The translations under genes and the position numbers were made by a program. Source: Mageeibacillus sp. UBA5439 (lineage in GTDB: Bacteria > Bacillota > Clostridia > Saccharofermentanales > DTU023). From it: DNA of 64,000 nt. The first letter of the stretch is position 1, and each line of letters starts with the position of its first letter. Under the pieces are notes generated by a model, which ran no database searches, had not been told where the DNA came from, and worked only from the letters and a program-made list of their open reading frames with translations. Positions 55,508-64,000 of the stretch are shown piece by piece. The DNA lies in NCBI GenBank assembly GCA_002427505.1, contig DIRJ01000052.1, positions 3,230-67,229 on the forward strand, given 5' to 3'.

Positions 55508-58027
55508 ATGACAGATTCTCCCGAACTCTTTACTATCAGCATCGCAGTGCGTGAACTGGCTGAATTGAGTCGCAGAGAAGGTGGTCTGGTATCAGCTTAT
55601 TACGGCGGCATTTCCGGTCCCGAAGGTATAGCCTTGCATCAGGAGTACGCCAGACGGGCGCCTGAGTTTTTCCCTGAATCTGAAATATTTCTCGAATACA
55701 GTTTGACCGGCAGCTATGTCAATCCTCATCTGCCCTATAAATTACAAGTCCAGGGACGCTGTGATACCATTGCTGTCGAAGCGGATAAGATCACTTTGGT
55801 TGAAGTCAAGAGCTTTCGTGGCGACGCTCGTTTTCTGCCAAAAAACGGCGATGCCGTTCATTGGGCACAAGCAAAAATATATGCCTATCTCCTGAGTCAG
55901 TCAGATTTCCCGGCGGAAAGAAAGATAAATTCGGGAGAAATAACTGTCGCCCTGCATTATCTCTCCTTAGATAACGGCGAGTTGATTGCGCATGAGACGA
56001 CTTTAAGTCACGAGGAGTTACAGAGTTATTTTGCTTCAATTTGCCAATACTATCTGACTTCCCGTACCGCCCTGATTACTCATCGCAAACGCCGCAATTT
56101 TCTCAATAGTAAAGCAGCTTTTCCCTTCCCGGACCTGCGTCTGGGTCAGCATAATATGATGCGCGAAGTAACAGCTGCGATCAGAGACAAAGAGGTGTTA
56201 TTTGTCAGTGCTCCTACCGGCAGCGGGAAAACAATCGCCGTCCTCTACCCTGCCCTTAAGGCTCAGGCCTATGAATTGAATGACAGTATTTTCTATCTGA
56301 CACCCTCACGCTCACAACGGACTGTGGCAGAAGATGCACTTTCTCTTTTGCGTCAGCAGGGTTTTCTGGTGCGGGCTATTACTATTCGCGCCAAAAAATC
56401 AATGTGCGCCCAGCCTCAGATCTTTTGTGACAGGAACAAATGTCCTTACGCGACAACATATTACGAAAGACTGGAAGAGGTCTTGGCCGAGTTTTCTCAG
56501 AAGCAGGATCTTTTACCGGATGATATTTTCGCCCTGGGGCAGAAATATCGCCTGTGTCCCTATGAGTTGTCCCTGGAGCTGATGGATAGCTGCGATCTTG
56601 TCATCTGTGACTACAACTATATTTTTGATCCACAGATTCGCTGGAAGGACAGACTGGATGATCCTAAACACAGATACACTCTTCTGGTCGATGAGGCTCA
56701 CAACCTGGCAGAACGCAGCCGTTCCATGTTTTCCGCCATCCTGGAATCAAAACAACTTGAAGAGTTAAAAGCGATTGTATCGCTGGCTGCCCTGCCGGAA
56801 GATCCAGGCCTAAGACTCGTTCTCAGCGCTCTGGAGGATCTGGAAAGCTTTCTTGTGTCATATGACAAGGCTCTGGACGAGAAGGCTGCAGACAGTGTCA
56901 GGGAGGCTTTTGCCAAGGAAAATCAAGAGCTGGGGCTCTTCCTGACCCGGAATTTCTCTGCTACGCGCAAAATTCCGCCGCGGCTCGCATCCTGTATCAC
57001 GCGTTTGAATGCCAGACTAGCTCAATTTTTTGATTACTTCCGGGACTTTCCCCGGCGTGAAATCGCCAATACTTTACGTTTCGAACTTCTGCATTTCCAG
57101 AATATTATGGAAGAATACTATAATCAGACCTATATTACAGCGGTTCGACGTCTGTCAGAGGGAAAACTGGCGATTTCACTCTTGTCGCTGGATGCATCGC
57201 AACATTTGACTAATACCTATTATGGTAAATCCTCAGTTATATTTTTCTCTGCGACCCTGGAGCCTTTCTCCTATTTCATGAGTCTGCTTAATGCCAGGTA
57301 CAAAGCAGACAAACCGGAAGTTTTAAAATTAAGCAGTCCCTTTCCCCGTGAAAAGCGTCTGGTTGTTGCCTATGACCAATACTCTGTCCGCTATAAGGAC
57401 AGAGCCTTTACCTTAGCTCCGATTGCTGATCTGGTTTTGGAAATCGCAGAAAAACGGCCCGGCAATTTTCTTCTCTTTTGTCCTTCTTTTTCATATTTGC
57501 GCCAGTTACAGAATTACCTGAAGCAGGCAGACAGATCTCAAAAGCTGGATATTATCGTGCAGCCGCCCCGCATGAATGAGCAGCAAAAGGAGGAATATCT
57601 CCGCCGTTTTACATCGTCAGCGCCAGATCGTTCTTTACTCGGCTTGACTGTATTAGGCTCTCTTTTCACTGAGGGTGTTGACCTGAAAGGCGAAGCTCTC
57701 ACCGGTGTTATTATTATCGGTACCGGTCTGCCGGCCCTAACACCTGAGCGGGAGATCCTGCGCCAATACTATGATGCAAAAAGCGGACTCGGCTATCAGT
57801 ACGCTTACACCTGGCCCGGCTTTAACCGCGTCACTCAGGCTGCAGGACGTTTGATCCGCACAGCCGAGGACTACGGAATTGTCTTATTAATTGATGACCG
57901 CTATTCCAAGCCGGAGTATCAGCAGCTCTTTCCCAAAGAATGGGATGTTTTCTATGCTGATGACAGAGCATCCTGTTTAGATAGAATCTACTCTTTCTGG
58001 GACGAAATTGACTCTACATCAATATAA
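55508..58027 (+). CDS. PD-(D/E)xK (RecB-like) nuclease domain fused to XPD/DinG-type SF2 Fe-S DNA helicase
   Basis: N-terminal GRCDTIAV-x8-LVEVKS plus WAQAKIYAY (D...ExK and QxxxY). Then Walker A SAPTGSGKT. Four Cys (MCAQPQIFCDRNKCPY...RLCPYE) lie between motifs I and II. DEAH box LLVDEAHNL. C-terminal Helicase_C_2-like region (QAAGRLIR). First ATG after the tRNA-Leu terminator; RBS is weak. Confidence 0.85.
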   Translation: MTDSPELFTISIAVRELAELSRREGGLVSAYYGGISGPEGIALHQEYARRAPEFFPESEIFLEYSLTGSYVNPHLPYKLQVQGRCDTIAVEADKITLVEVKSFRGDARFLPKNGDAVHWAQAKIYAYLLSQSDFPAERKINSGEITVALHYLSLDNGELIAHETTLSHEELQSYFASICQYYLTSRTALITHRKRRNFLNSKAAFPFPDLRLGQHNMMREVTAAIRDKEVLFVSAPTGSGKTIAVLYPALKAQAYELNDSIFYLTPSRSQRTVAEDALSLLRQQGFLVRAITIRAKKSMCAQPQIFCDRNKCPYATTYYERLEEVLAEFSQKQDLLPDDIFALGQKYRLCPYELSLELMDSCDLVICDYNYIFDPQIRWKDRLDDPKHRYTLLVDEAHNLAERSRSMFSAILESKQLEELKAIVSLAALPEDPGLRLVLSALEDLESFLVSYDKALDEKAADSVREAFAKENQELGLFLTRNFSATRKIPPRLASCITRLNARLAQFFDYFRDFPRREIANTLRFELLHFQNIMEEYYNQTYITAVRRLSEGKLAISLLSLDASQHLTNTYYGKSSVIFFSATLEPFSYFMSLLNARYKADKPEVLKLSSPFPREKRLVVAYDQYSVRYKDRAFTLAPIADLVLEIAEKRPGNFLLFCPSFSYLRQLQNYLKQADRSQKLDIIVQPPRMNEQQKEEYLRRFTSSAPDRSLLGLTVLGSLFTEGVDLKGEALTGVIIIGTGLPALTPEREILRQYYDAKSGLGYQYAYTWPGFNRVTQAAGRLIRTAEDYGIVLLIDDRYSKPEYQQLFPKEWDVFYADDRASCLDRIYSFWDEIDSTSI

Positions 58028-58896
58028 GCATTTTTTTCTAATTGTTTAGCCATTTCTAAAGCTGTCTCAGTCTGGGCCAGTCCTCCCAGGGCTGTTTCTC
58101 TCAGAGCTACAGGCATCATACGACCGATCTTACCCATGGCAGTAATAACTTCATCTACAGGTATGCGGCTCCTGACTCCGGCCAGAGACATTTCTGCAGC
58201 AGACATGGCAATAACAACACCGGCAGTATTTCGCTTGATGCAAGGCACCTCGACCAGACCGGCGACCGGATCACAGCTCAGACCCAGCAGATTTTTCAAT
58301 GCAATCGCCAGAGCGTGACCAGACTGCGACGGAGTACCTCCACAAGCCTCTACAGTTGCAGCTGCTGACATTGCTGCTGCTGAACCGACTTCAGCCTGAC
58401 AACCGCCCTCAGCTCCCGATATAGAAGCCTGGTTTCCAATTATTATGCCGCAGCCGGCGGCAGTTATCAGAAAGTTGATCTGATCGCGCCGCGACATTTT
58501 CAGATGGTTTCTGATCGCAAACAGGACACCCGGAAGTGTTCCGGAAGATCCGGCTGTCGGTGTGGCACATATAACTCCCATAGCGGCGTTAACTTCATTG
58601 ACAGCAGTGGCGTAGACCATGGCGCGCGTATAAATGGACCCGCTTAAGGCCTTGCCGCTTTGCAGATATTCGGCCAGTAATTTTGCATCGCCGCCTGTCA
58701 TCCCCGAACGGGACCTGACACCTTCTATACCCCGCAAAGCAGCCCGCTCCATCACTGACAGATTCTGTTCCATATGCTGGAGTACTTCTTGCTCGCTGCT
58801 GGCGGACTCCTCAACTTCTGTGCGGAGAAAATACTCATGCAGGCTGATTTGTTCAAGATCACATAAACTAATTACTTCCTGTAATCTGCGGATCAT
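57988..58896 (-). CDS. sdaAA: L-serine dehydratase, Fe-S dependent, alpha subunit
   Basis: CATPTAGSSGTLPG, and GGCQAEVGSAAAM with cluster-Cys context. ATG 58896 lies 9 nt after AAGGAGGAG and overlaps the sdaAB end by 29 nt. Confidence 0.92.
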   Translation of the reverse strand: MIRRLQEVISLCDLEQISLHEYFLRTEVEESASSEQEVLQHMEQNLSVMERAALRGIEGVRSRSGMTGGDAKLLAEYLQSGKALSGSIYTRAMVYATAVNEVNAAMGVICATPTAGSSGTLPGVLFAIRNHLKMSRRDQINFLITAAGCGIIIGNQASISGAEGGCQAEVGSAAAMSAAATVEACGGTPSQSGHALAIALKNLLGLSCDPVAGLVEVPCIKRNTAGVVIAMSAAEMSLAGVRSRIPVDEVITAMGKIGRMMPVALRETALGGLAQTETALEMAKQLEKNAYIDVESISSQKE

Positions 58897-59617
58897 AACT
58901 ATACTCCTCCTTAGTAGCGGAATCACTGATAAAATCAGGCTCAACATTGAGTGCGCCCAGTACAATTACCTGATTGATATGCCTGATTTTACTAATATCT
59001 TCCATTGTCTGCGCCGGAATTTCACCGTCTGTTGCCAGCAGCATCAAGGCACGCTCTCCCTTACCCGTGCGCGAAACTTCCATGTTGCTGATATTAATAT
59101 TTACTTCAGCCAGGACTCCGGTTACCTGAGTAATGATACCGGGCTGATCCTTGTAGAAGAGTAAAATTGTCGGATTTTCACCGGAGAGGTGTATATCAAA
59201 ACCATCAATTCTTGTAATATCTATAGTGCCGCCGCCTAAGGAGACACCACGCAGGGAAAGCAGCCGGCCACCGGCAGACTTCAGGTAGAGGTCAACAGTA
59301 TTGGCATGCTCGGTCGGATCATTACTGGTCTCAATTGTCACTTTCATATGTGCCGCCTGGGCCAGACCGTAGGCCTGACGGATTTTCTCACTGCTGGTAG
59401 GCAGGCCCAGCAAACCTGAAATCAAAGCCAGATCCGTGCCATGTCCCTGATAGGTATGTGCAAATGACCCAAACAGAACCATACGGACCTCTTCCGGTGT
59501 AGCACCGAAAATAGAGCGCGCAACCAGACCGATGCGAACAGCTCCTGCTGTATGCGAACTTGACGGTCCCACCATAACCGGTCCTATGATATCAAACAAA
59601 CTTTTATAAACAGACAT
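58868..59617 (-). CDS. sdaAB: L-serine dehydratase, Fe-S dependent, beta subunit (with ACT domain)
   Basis: SLFDIIGPVMVGPSSSHTAGAVRIG N-terminus. ACT-like C-terminal half. Confidence 0.92.
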   Translation of the reverse strand: MSVYKSLFDIIGPVMVGPSSSHTAGAVRIGLVARSIFGATPEEVRMVLFGSFAHTYQGHGTDLALISGLLGLPTSSEKIRQAYGLAQAAHMKVTIETSNDPTEHANTVDLYLKSAGGRLLSLRGVSLGGGTIDITRIDGFDIHLSGENPTILLFYKDQPGIITQVTGVLAEVNINISNMEVSRTGKGERALMLLATDGEIPAQTMEDISKIRHINQVIVLGALNVEPDFISDSATKEEYSYDPQITGSN

Positions 59618-59696
59618 ACAAGACCCCCCTTGCAGTAATCATCAAATTAGATAGAATCCTAACTTCTTTTGTCAATTAGTTTAAACTCCGATAAAG

Positions 59697-60482
59697 TCAG
59701 TCGCACTTTCTTTGCAGACCTGATAAATCTATATCAAAAGGATCTGCGAGCAGGTCCAGCTTTTTGTAGGTTTTTTCCATCTTCTCGTTGAGATATAAGT
59801 CAAGAAACCGGCTGGCGTTTGCCACCACATCATCAGCAACAGTGAACCGGTACAGACGATTTAAATTTGCAGTCAGAATATGCCTTAGTAAAGCCAGCGT
59901 GCCCTCACTCAATCTGATACTGTCTTCTGAAGCATTACCGCTGCAGTCACGGCGGCCGCACAGTATACCGGACAATCGAAAGCTGAAGTCAGCTTCCCCC
60001 CTGACCGGACGCTGACATATGCAGCAACTGTCAAGATGGGGCGCATAACCTGCCTCAGCCAACAAACGAAGAGTAGACAAACGACTGATCAGGACCGGGC
60101 TCTCCGACTGTGATATTTCGTAAGCGGTGTAGGCCCACAGATCGAAATATTTGCTGTCAGGCGGGCTGTTCCTGGTCAGATCCTTAAAGACTTCAGCTGC
60201 ATGTGAAGCTGCTGTCAGATGTTCTATACTCTCACTTAAAGGCAGAAAGGCTTCGATTAACTCCCCGTCGTCAACATAGAAACGCTCTCGCTGATAGAAA
60301 AAATCAAAATTGCACAGGGAAAACAGATTGCTCAGCGGACGCAATTTGCTTTTGACAGAGCAGGCTCCCCTGGCACTGGCGGAAATCAAACCGTAATCAG
60401 GGGTCAGAATATGAAGCATTCGGTCCCGGTCGCGATACGGGAATGAAGCCAACACAAAACCCTTGCTGCTGATTCTGGTCAT
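59697..60482 (-). CDS. recO: DNA repair protein RecO
   Basis: OB-fold N-terminus (GFVLASFPYRDRDRML) and a Cys4 zinc motif (CCICQRP...CGRRDC). ATGA overlap with the era stop. Conserved era-recO order. Confidence 0.9.
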   Translation of the reverse strand: MTRISSKGFVLASFPYRDRDRMLHILTPDYGLISASARGACSVKSKLRPLSNLFSLCNFDFFYQRERFYVDDGELIEAFLPLSESIEHLTAASHAAEVFKDLTRNSPPDSKYFDLWAYTAYEISQSESPVLISRLSTLRLLAEAGYAPHLDSCCICQRPVRGEADFSFRLSGILCGRRDCSGNASEDSIRLSEGTLALLRHILTANLNRLYRFTVADDVVANASRFLDLYLNEKMEKTYKKLDLLADPFDIDLSGLQRKCD

Positions 60483-61915
60483 GGCAGCTCTACAGTTTTA
60501 GAATCGAGACCCAACTCAGCCAGGTCTTGAGGACGATTCATCCAGTTCTGGCGCACTTTAACAAAAAGTTCCAGATGCACCTTTGCTTCCAGCATTTCTG
60601 AAATTGCTGCACGTGCGTCAGTTCCAATTGATTTAATCTTCTGGCCCTGGCGGCCAAGCAAAATTCCCTTGTGTGAAGCTTTGTCACACAGGATGGTAGC
60701 AGCAATAAAAACTCTGCGTGTTTCCGGAGGATTGCTTTCCTCAGTGAATTCATCAATTACAACCGCTACACCAAAAGGAACTTCTTTCTGTGTTTGCAGC
60801 AGGACTTCACGCCGGATCATTTCCTCGGCCAGCTTACGTTCAGTTACATTGGTTTCCTCACCCTCAGGGAAAATAGCTTCCTGTATGGGCAGATGCTGTT
60901 TAACTTCTTCCAGCATTTCTTCTACCCCGTCACCGGTAGTCGCAGTGATCGGAATGATAGCCTTAAAAGGATAAGCCTGGCTGAAGGCAGCTATCAGGGG
61001 CAGGATATTCTCTTTGACAACGATGTCGCTCTTATTAATCAGCAGAATAACGGCTGTATCATCCTCAGCAGCCATTTCCAGGATTTCCTTTTCCAAATCC
61101 GCTACGAAAGGTTTGAAAGAAGCTTCTATCATCAGCAAAAGCACATCTGCCTGACGTATGGCTACTCTGGCGGACTTCAGCATAGCTCTGCCCAAAGAAG
61201 TCTTAGCTTTGTGAAATCCCGGCGTATCGAGGAAGGCAATCTGACAGCTAGCATCGTTGTAAACACTTCGTATCAGGTCTCTGGTCGTCTGAGGTTTCGG
61301 ACTCGTGATGGCTAAAGTCATGCCGGACAAATAGTTCAGCAGAGTTGATTTACCGACATTAGGCCTGCCTGCCAGGACTACATAACCACAGGGCAGCATG
61401 CGCCCGGCAGAATCTCCGCTGACAATGCTTTCCTGCAGAGCCTTCATTTTAGCCTCATCGGCCGGCAGCTCGTGATCATAACCTAATAGATGCAGAACAC
61501 CGTGCACCACAAGAAAAAACAGTTCTTCTTCCAAAGTGTTAGCAAAATCCTCTGCCTGTTTGTCCACAATTTCCAGACAAAGCAAAAGATCGCCCAAAGA
61601 TACGCTGGCCGTACCCTCTGGATCTGACGGCAGCCAGGGGAAAATATCTTCAGCTAATCTCCCCTCTTTCCACTCAAAGGCCGGAAAAGACAAAATGTCT
61701 GTAGACCGGTCAATACCACGATGCTCACGGTTAAGGGTCCGGATAGAATCTTTGCTGATAAAGCTGACTTCAACAGAGAAGTCAATCTCATATTCAGACA
61801 TGACCTGCTCAACCTCAGGCAGATAAGCCAAGGTCCGTTTGACTGCTTCCTCGACGGTGGTCTGCAGGTGGGCAGTATCATATTTTCTTTGCTTGTTGTG
61901 AATTGTAATTTGCAC
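60479..61915 (-). CDS. In-frame fusion of endoribonuclease YbeY (N-terminal about 165 aa) and GTPase Era (C-terminal about 300 aa)
   Basis: YbeY zinc motif VVHGVLHLLGYDH (aa 137-148). About 10-aa linker. Era G1 GRPNVGKSTLLN, G3 DTPG, G4 NKSD and a KH domain (ILLGRQGQKIKSIG). Single ORF with GTG start. Confidence 0.9.
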   Translation of the reverse strand: MQITIHNKQRKYDTAHLQTTVEEAVKRTLAYLPEVEQVMSEYEIDFSVEVSFISKDSIRTLNREHRGIDRSTDILSFPAFEWKEGRLAEDIFPWLPSDPEGTASVSLGDLLLCLEIVDKQAEDFANTLEEELFFLVVHGVLHLLGYDHELPADEAKMKALQESIVSGDSAGRMLPCGYVVLAGRPNVGKSTLLNYLSGMTLAITSPKPQTTRDLIRSVYNDASCQIAFLDTPGFHKAKTSLGRAMLKSARVAIRQADVLLLMIEASFKPFVADLEKEILEMAAEDDTAVILLINKSDIVVKENILPLIAAFSQAYPFKAIIPITATTGDGVEEMLEEVKQHLPIQEAIFPEGEETNVTERKLAEEMIRREVLLQTQKEVPFGVAVVIDEFTEESNPPETRRVFIAATILCDKASHKGILLGRQGQKIKSIGTDARAAISEMLEAKVHLELFVKVRQNWMNRPQDLAELGLDSKTVELP

Positions 61916-61933
61916 TTGCCATTCTTTTCTTTT

Positions 61934-64000
61934 TTATTTAGCTTCCGCTGTTGCCTCAGGATACTCCACCCGCTCATGGAAGTGACCTGCGTATACCTGC
62001 AGGAAAGCGTTAATTATCGTCTCAACATCAGCAAATGACAATCCTGAGTCTCTTAATTGCTCCTGCTCAATTTTTTCTTTAAAAATACTGCGGATCAGCT
62101 TTTCCGTGTCAGCTATATTCTCAGTTCCTGCTGAACGCATAGCTGCTTCAGTCGAGTCTGCCAGCATAACTACCGCAGATTCAGGTGTAGATGGTATCGG
62201 TGTTGTGTAGCGGTAATCCTTGTCCTTGGGAGGAGCGGTTCCGTTTTTTTCCGCCTCTTCCATGGCCTTATGATAGAAATAGCGCAGTCTCGTGCTTCCA
62301 TGATGTTCGTTGGCTATGCGCAGGATAGGCATCGGCAGGCGGTAACGCCGGCCGATCTTAAGACTGTCATTGGGATGTCGTGTTATGATTCTGGAGCTTT
62401 CCTCAGGCGGCAAATGATCGTGGGGGTTTTCGCCCAACTGATTTTCAGTGAAATACATGGGAGCTTCCAGCTTGCCGATATCGTGATAGTAGGCTCCCGT
62501 ACGAGCTATCATGGAATTGGCTCCGATAGCTTCTGCTGCAGCATCAGCCAGATTGGCCACCATCAGACTGTGTTGTGATGTGCCCGGTGCTTCTACAAAA
62601 AGGCGCTTGAGCAAAGGATGACCCGGCTGCGACAGTTCGATCAATCTTAAGGGAGATACGGTGTTGAAGATCATTTCGTACAGCGGCATAATGCCAATAG
62701 CTACAATGACTGACAGCACACCGCTAAGTACTGTCTGCACAACATTATTGGAAATTACTGCCCAGGTCTCTTTCTCCAGCAGTCCGATCACAGCTGTCAG
62801 AAAGAAATTGCTGATAGCCGTAGCCAGAATGATCTTCGCGTAATTATCCTGCCGGTTTATACCGCGTGTATTCAAAGCTGCAACCAAAGAACCACTCAGG
62901 GCGATGAGGGCGAAGGCCGGAGCAAAGCCGACCATGGGAGACACAAGAACTACCAGCAGGAAGGAAATCACCAGTGCCGAACGGAAGCCGAAATATGCAG
63001 TAATCACCACAGCACTGAAATATATCGGCGGTGCCAATGGATAAGAATTGGACAGATAGGCAGATAAAATCAAGCTGATAAGAATGGTGATTATTACTGC
63101 AATTATATGGCGGGGTTCATCGAATATTTCACGACTGTATCTTGAAAAAAACAAGATAGCCAAAACCGCCGTTATCAGAACCAGACCTGCTGTTCCGACA
63201 ATAGTCATCCAATCTATTTCATCATTATCAATGAGGTCCAAAGCAACAAGCTTATCCAGCACATCTTCAGTCACAACTTCGCCGGCAGTTATGATGCGGC
63301 TGCCTCTGTTAACCATAACCGGATTATTAAGAACCTGTTCGTATGCGGCCTGTTTTGCGTTTTCAGTAGCTGCAACATTGTATTCAATATTCGGTTTGAC
63401 CAGCAGGGTGAGAAAACGTACGATCAGATCCTTATCAGTGGAATTGAAGCTTAGCTGTTCTGCTATACGCTCGCTGCTCTCTGCCAATTCCCGCTGCAGG
63501 GTGAGACTATCCAGAGACTTTAGAACCAGAGCATCTGCTTCAGTTTGCATAATATCGAAAATGGAATCCAGCCTGTCTCTTTCGATGCGCATCAGCTCCT
63601 CTGCATCGCCCGATTGAATAACAATGCCCAGGTTTTGATCCAGACCCGAAATAAGTGAAGATGCGGCCAGCTGTATGGTTGATTCGGATGGTCTGCGTGT
63701 TGGCACTATGGTAGTGCCGCCATTGCTCTGGCTATTATCAACACTGCTGTTTGCCTGCTCAGTCGGATAAAGTTCAAGGCGCTTTTCGTCAACCATAGTT
63801 TTGAACAATTTAAGCGCAGAAAGTGAGCTTGCACTTTTTTCCTCTGAACGCATCATCACACTTGGGACCAGCGTCATCGCCTCCCTGGCACGTCTTTCCG
63901 TTTCAGCTACATCGACTATGGCACGCGGAGCGGTAATATCAAAAAGGCTCGTATCCCCAAGCGCCAGGTCATATGTACGCGGAATGGAACCAAAGTAGAC
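61934..64000 (-). CDS. pgpH: 7TM-HD membrane phosphohydrolase (PgpH/YqfF family, cyclic-di-AMP phosphodiesterase-like); 5' end probably outside window
   Basis: Extracellular N domain, 7 TM helices, HD domain (HSLMVANLA...YHDIGK). The reading frame stays open from the track ATG (63877) to the window edge (VYFGSIPRTYDL...), so the true start is likely upstream of nt 64000. Confidence 0.88.
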   Translation of the reverse strand, partial: VYFGSIPRTYDLALGDTSLFDITAPRAIVDVAETERRAREAMTLVPSVMMRSEEKSASSLSALKLFKTMVDEKRLELYPTEQANSSVDNSQSNGGTTIVPTRRPSESTIQLAASSLISGLDQNLGIVIQSGDAEELMRIERDRLDSIFDIMQTEADALVLKSLDSLTLQRELAESSERIAEQLSFNSTDKDLIVRFLTLLVKPNIEYNVAATENAKQAAYEQVLNNPVMVNRGSRIITAGEVVTEDVLDKLVALDLIDNDEIDWMTIVGTAGLVLITAVLAILFFSRYSREIFDEPRHIIAVIITILISLILSAYLSNSYPLAPPIYFSAVVITAYFGFRSALVISFLLVVLVSPMVGFAPAFALIALSGSLVAALNTRGINRQDNYAKIILATAISNFFLTAVIGLLEKETWAVISNNVVQTVLSGVLSVIVAIGIMPLYEMIFNTVSPLRLIELSQPGHPLLKRLFVEAPGTSQHSLMVANLADAAAEAIGANSMIARTGAYYHDIGKLEAPMYFTENQLGENPHDHLPPEESSRIITRHPNDSLKIGRRYRLPMPILRIANEHHGSTRLRYFYHKAMEEAEKNGTAPPKDKDYRYTTPIPSTPESAVVMLADSTEAAMRSAGTENIADTEKLIRSIFKEKIEQEQLRDSGLSFADVETIINAFLQVYAGHFHERVEYPEATAEAK

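Noticed and set aside
1-64000. CRISPR arrays, defence islands, toxin-antitoxin pairs, IS elements, prophage or rRNA genes.
   Set aside because: No spaced direct repeats, cas-like, restriction-modification, transposase or phage structural ORFs were seen. Apart from the 12732-13235 orphan, every ORF over 100 aa that is not an alternative frame of another gene is accounted for by a housekeeping or conserved family.

Overview
This 64-kb window looks like core chromosome of a Bacillota (Firmicutes), probably Clostridia-like, with mid-range GC. I call 54 protein genes, 3 tRNAs, and a set of promoters, SOS boxes and terminators read directly from the sequence. On the + strand the left end carries a MoxR / DUF58 / transglutaminase triad, then miaB-mutS-mutL-miaA-hfq. 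A mixed-orientation zone follows (11.8-19.1 kb): lexA, an orphan membrane protein, asd with a two-part ThrE-type exporter, a Xer-family recombinase, and an OYE/enoate-reductase-like flavoenzyme. From 19.1 kb onward almost everything is on the - strand. This stretch holds an M18 aminopeptidase, nifU-nifS, rarA, glyA, thiI with a second cysteine desulfurase, and a GntR regulator. It then runs through the classical Bacillus-type block acpP-rnc-smc-ftsY-ylxM-ffh-rpsP-KH-rimM-trmD-rplS-rbgA-rnhB. Next come ftsK-cinA-murJ-recA-recX-rimO-pgsA, a NUDIX gene and rnhA, tRNA-Trp and tRNA-Pro, rpsO-pnp, murD, and tRNA-Leu. The right end has a nuclease-helicase gene, sdaAB/sdaAA, and pgpH-(ybeY::era)-recO. 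I see no CRISPR array, no defence island, no transposon or prophage, and no clearly novel multi-gene accessory system. The observations most worth follow-up are these: (1) a perfect palindrome with 11-6-11 dif-like geometry inside a coding-strand polarity switch next to a lone Xer gene; (2) a PD-(D/E)xK nuclease fused to an XPD/DinG-type Fe-S helicase; (3) two in-frame fusions of normally separate housekeeping genes, RNase HII::YraN and YbeY::Era; (4) an orphan membrane protein divergent from lexA, the position occupied by SOS division inhibitors in other Firmicutes; (5) rimO and pgsA translationally chained behind an SOS-boxed recA-recX. All coordinates were read by hand and start codons were refined by RBS inspection. 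No database search or computation was run.
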